This document shows positions 46,372 through 57,070 of a stretch of 64,000 nucleotides of DNA, one piece after another. Where the stretch lies: the NCBI GenBank assembly GCA_977017575.1, contig CDRNVI010000004.1, positions 656,106-720,105 of the forward strand, in the 5' to 3' direction. How positions within the stretch are numbered: the stretch's first letter is position 1; each line of letters begins with the position of its first letter. The stretch is from Paramoeba atlantica (lineage: Eukaryota; Protista; Discosea). The notes under the pieces are model-generated. The model made no database searches and had not been told where the DNA came from. It saw nothing but the letters and a program-made list of their open reading frames with translations. The position numbers and the translations under genes were made by a program.

Positions 46372-47373
46372 TCAGAGTGGGGGGGTCTAAAATTCGTAAA
46401 ACTTGTTCAATTTTGGAAAGTAATAGCGCATTCGAGAGCTCTCAAATAGTCTGGTGTAATCGTAAAAAGCACTCTGCGAAAGTTTACGGGAATCAAAGAA
46501 AGCTAGAATGGTCCAAAACACGAATTGCAACTTTATTTTTTAAGCGAAAAAGTCCTTTTTTTCCAAAAAAAAATCTCAGTACCCACAATTTCCCCTTTTT
46601 TTCTCAATAACGATTTGAAAGCGCTTGGAGACACTCTTTATGGTCTTCACGCAAGTACTTTTGAGATCGGTTTGAAGTGCCTCGTATGCACTCTCGATAG
46701 AAGAGAGGAGATCTGCGCGATTGCGTGGTCGCATGCGATCCTTGTGCTGATCCATGATATTCCACAAGTTTTCGATGGGGTTGAGATCCGGTGACTTTGC
46801 GGGCCAGGGGAGCGTTCGCACGTTTTGCTGCTGAAAAGTACGCCTTGCCAAGTTGTGCGCAGGGCAATTGTCCATAGCAACAACTGCACGGTGCCTGTGT
46901 AGGTGGTTCAAAAGACCATTACGCTTGGTCATGGCAGCTTCGAAAACAGCCCCGTTCACAGTAACTCTATTTCCCTGCTCATCTCTATTAGGAAAAATGT
47001 GCAGATCAAATCCATGCTTTATGCTTACCCCCATCCACACCATTGTACCATCGCCCCCTACCCACGCTTCCAGCTCACCTAGCTGCTCTTTTACAGGGTC
47101 GGACCGTCGGCAAAGGTAGGTGTTTTTGGTAGACTTCTTGCAGGTAAACTTTTTCTCATCACACCAAATAATATTATCAAGCTGGTGTTCGCTCCAGCCC
47201 GACATGTCCTTACAGAATCGGACTCTAACGTCTTTATGCTGTTGGGTTAGTCGTGGTTTACGCTGAACTACGCGGAGGATAATATCGGGCTTCAAAGCTC
47301 GAGCCAAAGTGCGTCTGGAACACTGAAACCCTCTGGATAGAAGTTCGCGATGTAGAGCGCACCATGATTCCAC
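46372..47373 (-). mobile_element. Truncated Tc1/IS630-like element with intact DD32E catalytic domain
   Basis: IIWCDEKKF...AMDNCPAHN...LPWPAKSPDLNPIENLW; TIR remnant at 46372-46443. Confidence 0.9.
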
Positions 47374-47499
47374 ACCATAAGGAAGAATTTTTTCTTCTAT
47401 TATATTACTGTGTTCCTCTTTATATTTTCACTGTTTTTGTTCACTTTTTTTTCAATAATCGAGTGTAGAGCGGTAGTTTTATAACCACCGCAATTTTTA

Positions 47500-47594
47500 G
47501 GCTCTTCGTTAAACGCGGTGGTTGTTTTCAACTTAGAAGTCACTCATGCTGCGCGCTTCGCGTTGAAAACTACCACCGCGTTTAACGAAGAGCC
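47500..47594. mobile_element. 95-bp hairpin MITE flanked by TA; sister copy at 63117-63211
   Basis: GGCTCTTCGTTAAACGCGGTGGTTGTTTTCAAC ... GTTGAAAACTACCACCGCGTTTAACGAAGAGCC. Confidence 0.85.
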
Positions 47595-48966
47595 TAAAAA
47601 AAATTGGCCTGGAAAACGGAAAGATTATAGCCAAATATAGCCGAATTTCGGGTAAAAATGGGGTGATTTTCGCGTACTTTTGCTCAGAGCACTAAATCCG
47701 ACATTTGCGCGTGGGAAATCACTCGTAGGCATGAATGAAAGCCTACCGAACGTATTGGGTAGAGAATACGACTCCAACCATACCATTCTTTCGACACTAA
47801 AATGCCCTTTTAGGTCCGAAATATTTTTTCACCTTTTTTAGTCAAAAATGGGTCATTTTGAGGGGCGCACCACGGTTCGAAGAAGGCATACCTTGCGAAA
47901 ACAACTGCGTAGAAAGCTAGTGTAGGTCCCAAACGATCAAAATACAATAGGGGAAACGATTTTGGAAAAATATTTTTTTTGTCTTTTTTTTCGCCAAGTT
48001 GAAATTTTTTTCAAAATTTTTTTTCGAAAAAATCCGAACTTGGCGGACCCGTCCTGCGGATACGCGGGGGGGTCACCCCCGGGTAGGGGGGTGGAAAATG
48101 CGCGCCAAGACCCCGGCTACCCTTTCTGCGGTTTTTTTTCGAAAACTAATTTTTTCGAAAAAATTTGCTCGACCATGACCCCCCCCCTGGACCCCCCCAT
48201 GGACCCCCCATTTTTTTCAAATTTTTTTTTCAGTTTTGGACCACCGGAGCCCCCTTTCATATTTTTTTCTTCTATTATATTACTGTGTTCCCCTTTATAT
48301 TTTCACGGTTTTGTTCACTTTTTTTTCAATAATCGAGGGTAGAGCGGTAGTTTTACAACCACCGCAATGTTTTCTATGTGGTGATTCTTTATAGTTTCAC
48401 CTTAGTTTGCTAGGACTCGAGGGTAAACTCGACTAGCCAAAAAAAATAAAAAAAATTGGTACCATTGCGGTGTTAGGGGGTAGGCTTCCGGTAGGCCTAG
48501 GGGGTTCACACCAAAAAATAAAAAAAATAGATGGGCGACACAAGCAAATCAGTAGAGGGAATTCTTCTTATGGAAGGAATTCCTCATCGCTAAAGATACC
48601 GTTTCTGTACATAGAGCATTCCGTGCCAATCCTACGAATCAGCACACTTGAGAGGAAATCATTTTGTATTTAATGGCTAGTGCGCCGATGCGGGTCTGTG
48701 TGGGTCGGTGCGGGTAACTGGGTCACAGACCCGGGTAATTTACCCGCACAGACCCGCTAATGGGTAATTACCCATCGACCCGGCAGGGGTATGTTTTTTG
48801 GTTTTTTCCTATATTTAGCTATTGTGCCTAGAGACAGTTATTGTGCAGGGGGGGCACAATAACCCGGAACACGGTTTAGAATAATTTATCTTTTATATCG
48901 CAACGCATAACACCTCAATGCACAATCCTTTTACACAGCACCACACGCAACCCATCACGTTGTTGT

Positions 48967-50685
48967 ATGTGCAACACGAAACATTGTGACCCCAATACGT
49001 GTTGTAGCGTGTATGCACACATCAAAACGATCTCTTGTGCAGTACAAACAAGTAGTAGATCATTCAATGCATCAGAAAAAGATCATTCTCTTTTACCGAT
49101 TTACAACGAACCTCTTCCCCTCTCCCTTACCACGAGCATCGACTCGATTCTCTCCTCATTCTGTACGCCACTTCCCATTGTTGCCCACTCACAAGAATTA
49201 CGAAATCATCTTGTTGTTTGTCCACACTATACTCGAATGATGGAAGCCGTACGGGCTTTATGGGCTGCATACCAAAGCCACGGGAGGCGAAGAATCACGC
49301 CCGTCGTCTTTTCACGAAACAGTCTTGTTCGCCCTCGCGTGGTTCATTTGCTTCACATTCTACTCGTTCTTCAGCTCCCGAGTTCCGTAAATGCTTTTAG
49401 TGAATGGTTGAACCTTCTTCACGCCATGGATAACTTGGGGAAGATAGTCCTATTGGCTCACACGCACCAAATACATAAAGCACGTGGGTTTTACACAAAA
49501 ACAGAGTGTACTACTCCAATACATGTTTTCGCGCTTACAGAAGCGTACGGGCGATTGAATATTGGATATCCATCTTTTTTGAGCTCATCCATTCTTGATG
49601 GGCTGCGACAACAAGAAACGATATCGCCTAAGCAGCTACCGTATCTGAGACGAAGCGTGATTCACGTTTTACACCACGTCAATTCGGAGTATGGTTTGCG
49701 GTGGCTTGTTGCTGAGATTCAAGCGGTGAAGGCGCAAGAATCGGAAAAGCTTTTTTCCTCAATGGGTAAATGGAACAGAGAAAGTAAAGACCCATCACCA
49801 AGGACCATGGTGTTTGCATTTCGCGAAGTCGTCTTTGCACTCCGATTACTAAAGTATGCGAAACTGAATCGAGAACACGGGAGTTGGATGTCGTCAAATG
49901 TTTTGGCAAGAATGAAGTTAAGAAGTATGGTTCGAGGTGAAAGCCTTCTGCTCAACGGTCTCGCGTTAGAGTGGCATCCCTTTCCGTTTCTCGTAGCAGA
50001 CACCTTACATTCTATTATCCAAGCTCACGACAAAACACGTCCTTCAGAACTTGATCAAGAGGGAGAACGTCCTGTTTGTATGAATTCAGACAGAGTTGAG
50101 TTCGATCCAAGAATCACCAGAGCCTTGCCGTATCTTTTTGAGGTGTGTTCCCGACGTGGTGTTAAGCACAAGGGATTTCTTGAGGCTCTCCTTCAAGCCT
50201 ATGTCCTGGACGTCGACCATCTTCCTGTAGACTATGTCGTCCGCATTTTTTATGCCCTTGCACGACTGGGATACTTTCCCTCATTATGGATTTCACCTCT
50301 TACGGTTTTGTTCTCCACTGCTCTGAGCACAACCAGGGGCTTACCGATACAACAACTTGTTTCCTTGCGTAAGTGTGTGACAAGGGCCCTAAAGTTATTT
50401 ACGTCAAATCCTGAGTTATTTTTAAAGACAGCAGAATCTCAGTCCACCGTTTTACCGATTAGTTCTTCCTATTCCATTACCGCGGCAAAACAAACAACCG
50501 GAAGAGTCCCACCTAGTTGTCATAAAAAACTGAGCACAAGATTTGATCGTCGAGGTGCCACGATGAATATATCAAAGTCTCATCGGTCTGCACTGTTGAA
50601 GCCGAGATCTCTAGCAATGGCGCATTGCCTTCCCGATTGTGAGTGGAAAAGATTCGTATACCTTGCACTTGCCTATTTTGCCTAA
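48967..50685 (+). CDS. Hypothetical 572-aa protein, possibly helical-repeat; true start uncertain
   Basis: Long ORF on the gene strand; VRIFYALARLGY faintly recalls OPR/FAST-type repeats. Confidence 0.55.
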   Translation: MCNTKHCDPNTCCSVYAHIKTISCAVQTSSRSFNASEKDHSLLPIYNEPLPLSLTTSIDSILSSFCTPLPIVAHSQELRNHLVVCPHYTRMMEAVRALWAAYQSHGRRRITPVVFSRNSLVRPRVVHLLHILLVLQLPSSVNAFSEWLNLLHAMDNLGKIVLLAHTHQIHKARGFYTKTECTTPIHVFALTEAYGRLNIGYPSFLSSSILDGLRQQETISPKQLPYLRRSVIHVLHHVNSEYGLRWLVAEIQAVKAQESEKLFSSMGKWNRESKDPSPRTMVFAFREVVFALRLLKYAKLNREHGSWMSSNVLARMKLRSMVRGESLLLNGLALEWHPFPFLVADTLHSIIQAHDKTRPSELDQEGERPVCMNSDRVEFDPRITRALPYLFEVCSRRGVKHKGFLEALLQAYVLDVDHLPVDYVVRIFYALARLGYFPSLWISPLTVLFSTALSTTRGLPIQQLVSLRKCVTRALKLFTSNPELFLKTAESQSTVLPISSSYSITAAKQTTGRVPPSCHKKLSTRFDRRGATMNISKSHRSALLKPRSLAMAHCLPDCEWKRFVYLALAYFA

Positions 50686-50951
50686 TTTTAAAAAGGAAAA
50701 TTATTGAAACTGATGTCTTGCATTATTTCTTTTTCTTTACTGCACCGTTACTCCTCCTTAGATATCTTGGTACTCTGCTCTCTCTCTTTTCTAATGAAAG
50801 AATATTAAAATTGGGATAAAATAGATTATTGTTCATGATTTTTGTTTATCGTACTCATATTTCTTCGATTTTTGTCATTCAATGACATTCAATGATCAGT
50901 AGAAAAGGGTTGTAAAGCACTATTTTAAAAACTCCTATTTTTTATCTATTC

Positions 50952-51752
50952 ATGGATAACGCTGAACCGCCTCTCAAGAGGCGAAAACAAACGCGAGAAA
51001 CGAGCATTCGTGGAAAAGTTCGTGGTGCGTCTCTGCCGACCGAATACGAACTTGTGCGTTTTGTTCAGGACGTGGAAAATACGCAGGAGTCTTGGAATAC
51101 GCACACCCCCGCGTGTGAATGGAAATATGTGAAATGCAATGACGCAGGAGAAGTCACAGCCCTGAGCTGGGATTACATGTACATAAAAGGTAGTCTTCAC
51201 TGGGCGTATCTTCCACAGTCGTTGATGCTTCTCGATCTTTCCGTAAATTTGTTACTAGGTAAAGTCGAAACTCATTTTATGCCCAATAAGCTAGACGACA
51301 TAAACCTCGAAGAGAACTTTTTTGAAGGCGGACTTGATTTGCAACACCTCCCGCAACAGCTAAAAGAACTCTGTGTTCGAAGCAATGAATTAGTGGGTAA
51401 CATTTCTTTTGCTTTTCTCCCAGCAAATATTGAGGTTTTGATATTAAGTCACAATTCTTTTACTGGGAACGTTGACCTGTGTGATTTGCCCTCCACACTT
51501 CTCTTCTTGCATCTACATAGAAATCTTTTCACCGGAACCCCTGAACTTCGCTTTCTACCCCAGAACTTGATAGAACTTAACTTGGAAAGAAATAAGTTTA
51601 CTGGTGTCGTTGATTTTACGACGCTTCCGAAAACTTTAATGCTTTTACGTTTGGATAACGTACTGCAGCTCTCTTGTCCTATAGAAAACGTGGAACTTCC
51701 ACCAGACTTGGGCATTCATTTCTTAAACGGTCCAAATCCCTGCAAAGTCTGA
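50952..51752 (+). CDS. LRR-family copy 11
   Basis: PPLKRRKQ basic N-terminus, GKVRGASLPTEYEL, TPACEWKYVKC, LRRs. Confidence 0.9.
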   Translation: MDNAEPPLKRRKQTRETSIRGKVRGASLPTEYELVRFVQDVENTQESWNTHTPACEWKYVKCNDAGEVTALSWDYMYIKGSLHWAYLPQSLMLLDLSVNLLLGKVETHFMPNKLDDINLEENFFEGGLDLQHLPQQLKELCVRSNELVGNISFAFLPANIEVLILSHNSFTGNVDLCDLPSTLLFLHLHRNLFTGTPELRFLPQNLIELNLERNKFTGVVDFTTLPKTLMLLRLDNVLQLSCPIENVELPPDLGIHFLNGPNPCKV

Positions 51753-52289
51753 TTTTTTTCTTCTCTAAATCTTTTAGTTGCTGCGCAGGAAGAGGTTTTG
51801 TCTGCGTACTTGATTTTGTTTTTCTCCACATCCGAAAGACCAGCAAAATTCAAATGTACCACTTCTTTGTCAGACTAAGGGACAATCATTGTTTCAAAGA
51901 ATTTATAACTCACTCACTTGCGTAGACAGTCGTACACGGGAGAATATGAGCCGGAATACCTGTCTTCAGAGAACACAGTGTCATCAGGAGGTAAATCCAT
52001 CAAAAGATGTATCGCTGATTTGCCTGTGCAGGTCTTTAAATGCTTATAGCACAATGTATCAATTCGACTGTGGGTTACGAATGTGCATTGCGTGCATTTC
52101 ATGTGTCGAGTGTGACCCAGGCTGACGCATTTAATAGAACCCACGGGGTTTTTAGCATTTTTTATGGCCCAAGCTTCACATCCTTTTGGAGCGCATGTGA
52201 CAAACCAAGAGGTTTTGATTTCTTAGAGAACCAAACGACAGGGGGCCATTCGCAGTATTGCTTTTTCCTTTGCGAGGACGAGGAGAAAA

Positions 52290-52347
52290 ATCGACTGATC
52301 CACGTTCGACTGATCACAAATCGACTGATCACAAATCGACTGATCAC
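52290..52347. repeat. 14-bp tandem repeat of TCGACTGATC(C)AC units (4 units)
   Basis: Direct reading of the sequence. Confidence 0.8.
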
Positions 52348-53600
52348 GTTAACGCATTGTCCGCGTTAACTGCGATTTGTGCCGGAGTGTTTCGAGCCTC
52401 TACATCACATCTTTTTCACGATGCATTCGTGCAATGCTCCTGCGTCAGTCAGGGGATTGCGGGGGCCACCGCATGACTTCAAACCCGGTACCCTGGAGGT
52501 GCCATTGCGCACAACGGCTGGTATGCTTGGAGTCGTTATCCTGTTGGAAGATAACTTCGTTTGAAGCGCAGGATCACCATCCAGTGTGACCTGGCAACGG
52601 GATACGGGGCTAATAGATGAGCGTAAACCCTCACCCTGAGCTGTGCATGCCTGGCATTCCTTGTCCTGTGCAGTTTGTGGATGAATTAGGAGTTCCACTT
52701 TGCTTCGTACGCTTATAACTTTATATTTCCCACCTATGCTCTCATATTTTCCTTATTTCCTTGTTGCGTGTTGCGCTTTGTAATTTACCCTATATTATAA
52801 TGTTCTATTTATCGAATCACCCATCTTTATCAAAAAAGCGTTCAGGCAAGTTAAACACCGATTTAGTTTCATCCGAGTTTCCCTTCAATACCTCCTATGT
52901 GGCTTCGTTTCGTTTTTTGCAAAACGGTTTTTCGCGCGATATTGGGTCTTCTATTTTCCACTCTTACATATTTTCCACTCCGGTAGCGTACATGCATGTC
53001 CGTGGCTGTCCGCCGTAAGGGTTGAAAGGGATTTCGGTATCCGAATCGGTGAGTTCTATCGTCTCTGTCATCTTTCTTTTTGGGCCGAAAGTCACTTGTT
53101 TCTGCCCTGGGGTAACGCTTCATTTCGCTTATATTTTGACTTACCATTTCCTGCTTGCGCTTCTTCCTTAGTACCTGAAATGGAACTCAAGGAAACCCCG
53201 CCATCATACAGCTCCGAAATTCGTGTTTTTATGTACCGTGGTGTGGACCTCATATAGAATGCAAAAATTAATCAAGTAAGTAATAGTGCAAAGTAAGTAA
53301 TTATTAACTATTACTAATAGTATATTAACTATTACTAATAGTGTTTCGATGCAAGACCCGGATGCTATGATCCGAAATACGTAGTGTGTACATTCGTTGC
53401 ACGAAAAATACATTGCATGTATGCAAAACTTGGGTGTCAAAATATGCCATATGATTTAGAATTCTTCTACAATTACATACACTGTAGTCATGTGATTACT
53501 ACTTTACTAGTCTAAGCCATACTATACCGCATACTCGGTAGAGTACGTACAATAGATCACGATTTTCCACACTACCTCCCCCGTTTCTTCCTTTTCCCCC

Positions 53601-54248
53601 ATGCATTTTCTTGTGTCTGCCGACACCTCCCCTCCCCGACGTCCCGCCAAAGTCCACCGGACGCTCTTGGCGCCTCACCTCGCGCTGGAGTATTTCCTGG
53701 AACCCCTCCAGCCCCATCACCCCTCGTGGACACACGAAACCCCCGTGTGTCGGTGGAAAGGGGTGGCCTGTGACGCCCACGAGCACGTCGTGCGTATCGA
53801 CTGGGCGGGGGGACACCTTACCGGCGCCCCCGCTCTAAAGTTTCTCCCCCCTACCCTCACCGAGCTGGATTTGGGAGACCGCAACGTGCCGAAACGGTAC
53901 GGCGCCCAGAACCAGCTCACGGGGGAGGTAGCCCTGGGGTCCCTACCCCGGGGGCTGCGAAAGCTGATGCTCTCCCACAACCGGTTCTCCGGCACGATTT
54001 GTTTACAAGACCTGCCGGGGTCAATGGTTGAGGTGTGGTTGGATCACAATAAGTTCAACGGCAGAGTGGAGTTTCATGAACTCCCGCCGGGGTTACGGGG
54101 GTTGTGTCTCGATTATAATGAGGAACTGTACGGAAAGGTACATTCGGTGATGTTACCTCTCTCGTTAAAAAGTTTGGAGATTGGGGGGACGGGGATACGA
54201 AGGGAATTTCGGTCTGTGGAGGAGTATGAGGAGCAGGCTTTTTTGTGA
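53601..54248 (+). CDS. LRR-family copy 12 (GC-rich)
   Basis: PAKVHRTLLAPHLAL, TPVCRWKGVACD, LRRs; shares QNQLTG with copy 5. Confidence 0.88.
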   Translation: MHFLVSADTSPPRRPAKVHRTLLAPHLALEYFLEPLQPHHPSWTHETPVCRWKGVACDAHEHVVRIDWAGGHLTGAPALKFLPPTLTELDLGDRNVPKRYGAQNQLTGEVALGSLPRGLRKLMLSHNRFSGTICLQDLPGSMVEVWLDHNKFNGRVEFHELPPGLRGLCLDYNEELYGKVHSVMLPLSLKSLEIGGTGIRREFRSVEEYEEQAFL

Positions 54249-54779
54249 GTACGGAGATGGGGTAGTAAGTATCTCCGCTACTTTTGAACGATCAAACAAA
54301 TTGTAGCTTTTCTTTTGTGTTGCACTGCTCAGTATGCGAAGGGGCCAACTAAATCTGATTGGTCTAATATACACATAAATCAATCTAAAATCTTCAGCTG
54401 GATCTCCCTAGGCTACTTCTAATATTTTTGATCCATTCTTATTAACGAATCTTCCAAAAGGTGTTTCAGTTTTGTTGGTGGTGGGGGTGGGGGTGGTGAT
54501 GGTAACAAGAGCGCCTACAATCCCCACATGCAAGCGCCGCAAGTACCACTCCGGCTCCCGGGATCGTTCCGGGTACAGGTACACAATGCTCTCCTAGGTC
54601 CTTCACCAGTGACAGAGAACACTCCGTAGTTAGCCTATCATACATCTCAATCCCGCTGGGAGAGTTCCTGATCAAGCACAAGCGCAGCGTTTTAATATTT
54701 AAACGTGTTATCAAGAATGGTCTAATTGCTTAATGCGTAACGTAGTCGTCATAAGACTGTCATCGTGGATCCATGTACG

Positions 54780-55138
54780 TAGTCGTCATAAGACTGCTGC
54801 ATGCAACGTGTTGTCAACTGGAGAAGCTGCTCTACAGTAATCGGTCCTCGCGGGTGTGGATCCGGGCGTACGCTTACCACCCCTTTAAAGCGACGGCGAA
54901 AACGACTAGTTTATGTCCAGCAGTGAGATTCTGGCATATTCTCAAGTTGCCGCTACAAGAGGGCGGCGCGGAACGATTCCAGCGTCAAAGGTCGGTAAAA
55001 ACGGGAGAGATTTTTGCATAACGCTAAAAACGATTCTTCCGAAATATTGACGATTCCGTGGACGTCTAACAATCTTTCAAGGGATGCAAAATATACTCTG
55101 CGTCTTTCCGCAGTTTCGGATGAAGTGACAATGAACAC
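54780..55138 (-). pseudogene. Tyrosine-recombinase N-terminal relic
   Basis: LSRFYRPLTLESFRAAL...CWT...RRRFKG...DPHPRGPITVEQL matches LTRFYRPSTLEAYRATL...CWT...RRRFKG...DPKPRGSVTLEQL at 56681-57007. Confidence 0.7.
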
Positions 55139-55139
55139 T

Positions 55140-55540
55140 GGTGAAAGTGAAGCATTATTTCACATAAAAAATATTTTGTTTCGTTAATTTTTTTATGTGT
55201 TCTAAGTGTTGCCTTATCATATTTTACGGGCACTGAAAGTATTTTTCTGACATTTGTTTACATACAGCTGTACTTTTTTCGCGGTGACCGTACGCTTGAT
55301 AGTGGGAAAGAAGCGCGACATAATCGGCTGAAGTTCGGCGCAGAAATTGTGAAAAGTAAGCTAAAGAGAGGAAAACATGAAGATTATGCCCTCCGTCGCC
55401 CGTTTTAGCACCTCAGATGACATTGCGAGAACGTAGAAAGCGTTCTAGAACAAGGGCAAGAGAGTTAATTTTTTCTTTTTTACTAAAATAGGGCGATAAT
55501 AAATGTTTTAAAAAAAGTGAAATAATGCTTCACTTTGACC
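55140..55540. mobile_element. Merlin-type MITE, 401 bp, 24-bp TIRs, 8-bp TSD TGAACACT
   Basis: GGTGAAAGTGAAGCATTATTTCAC ... GTGAAATAATGCTTCACTTTGACC; TGAACACT at 55132-55139 and 55541-55548. Confidence 0.9.
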
Positions 55541-56064
55541 TGAACACTATGTAGTTAGCCTACCATGTGCCAATCCCACTGGGAGGGTTCCAAGGAAGAG
55601 GATGGCACCGCATTTAGCAATAAGTTATTTGTTGAAGTAAAAGTAAATGAAATGTATCTCATGGTCCAATTATTTTTAGTAATTACTGACGTATCTAAAA
55701 GCGTCCGGTAGTCAACAAACTTTTTCCGAAATGGGATAAGATAAAGGCTAATCGCTTAATTTCAACCCTGGCTAATCGTTTAGCATGGAATCAACACCAA
55801 ACGTGGTCTTTTCATTGCCTTCGGCACGGGTGCGCGGGACATTTGACCCGCGAAGGAACTGATCTGACCACACGGCTTCGACGGGGACGGTGGATGTCAG
55901 AACGTTCTGCATCTCATTACTCAATGCAGTAGTTGTAATTTTTATCTTGTACTGCTAAATGAATGATATAATGTGAACAACCGACACAAATGTATTGTAT
56001 TATTGTAAAGGGTAGGCTACTTTAACAGTGGATGGCATTTACACAAGTGAAGAACACTTAATTT

Positions 56065-56457
56065 GGTCAGATTGAACGAAGTTTGCACACTTTGCAAAAA
56101 AATTCTAAAAGTGACCAAATATCAACGAATTCCAAAGAAAAACAAAATGATGCAGACAAGACGATTTCCGCACGAAACAATGCCACATCCAACAAAACTC
56201 GTATTAGCGGGCTTAACCTCACTTAATCTCACTAAACGGAAGACGTGTGACACAGTTCATTTCAAGACACCCATAACAAAACCCACCATCAAAGTGATTG
56301 ACCATGACTTCAACCGTACCTGAGAATGTAAAAAGGTCAAAGATACAAGCAAAGATTCTAAACTATATCTTTTACAAGCAACAGAAGCAAAAAATAATAA
56401 TAACAAGATCGTTTTAAATTTATTTTTTAAAGTGTGCAAACTTCGTTCAATTCGACC
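56065..56457. mobile_element. Merlin-type MITE, 393 bp, ~29-bp TIRs, 8-bp TSD CTTAATTT
   Basis: GGTCAGATTGAACGAAGTTTGCACACTTT ... AAAGTGTGCAAACTTCGTTCAATTCGACC; CTTAATTT at 56057-56064 and 56458-56465. Confidence 0.9.
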
Positions 56458-57007
56458 CTTAATTTCATATGGAGCCTCTACCGTATCCACAACATAATGT
56501 TGGCGACCTTTCCCTCCCCGATTTTTTTTCAGTGCACTCGAAGTGCTGATTTCAATGTCGTCTTTTTGCAGTGAGACTAGCTCACTATGACGGAGTAGCC
56601 CAAAGTAGGCTACTGTGAAACCTTGTCCAAAGGTTATATTGCCTTCCTTTGTGCACTCTTGATTGAGCATGCGAAGTTGCTCAAGTTAGCTCACTATGAC
56701 GGAGTAGCCCAAAGTAGGCTACTGTGAAACCTTGTCCAAAGGTTATATTGCCTTCATTTGTACACTCTTGACTGAGCATGCGAAGTTGCTCAAGTGTCAC
56801 TGACCCTCGAGGCTTGGGGTCTAAGAACAGCTTCAACACTCCTTTAAAGCGCCGACGGAGTCTTACCGTCTGCGTCCAACACTCATTCGCCCCCGAGATT
56901 CTCAATTTGAGTGTGGCGCGATACGCTTCCAAAGTTGAAGGACGGTAGAAGCGTGTGAGACTTACGCAAAGAGCAAAAGTCTTCTTCAGTAATGTTCGTA
57001 ACTCCAT
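56458..57007 (-). pseudogene. Tyrosine recombinase (VIPER/TATE/DIRS-like), disrupted by a ~109-bp tandem duplication and a MITE
   Basis: VAYFGLLRHSEL is the YR box I (catalytic R); it occurs twice because ~56577-56684 is duplicated at ~56686-56795. Confidence 0.75.
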
Positions 57008-57070
57008 GTATGCCCATAAACTGTTTCATACGTTCAAAATAATATGCTCGTTTCTGTGCAGTGTTATGTG

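Noticed and set aside
48680-48790. Cluster of ACCCG/CGGGT motifs resembling hAT subterminal repeats
   Set aside because: No matching TIR pair or TSD found
56257-57007. Prophage or bacterial integrase interpretation of the YR
   Set aside because: No phage genes, eukaryotic context, and linkage to a gag-like ORF fits YR retroelements better
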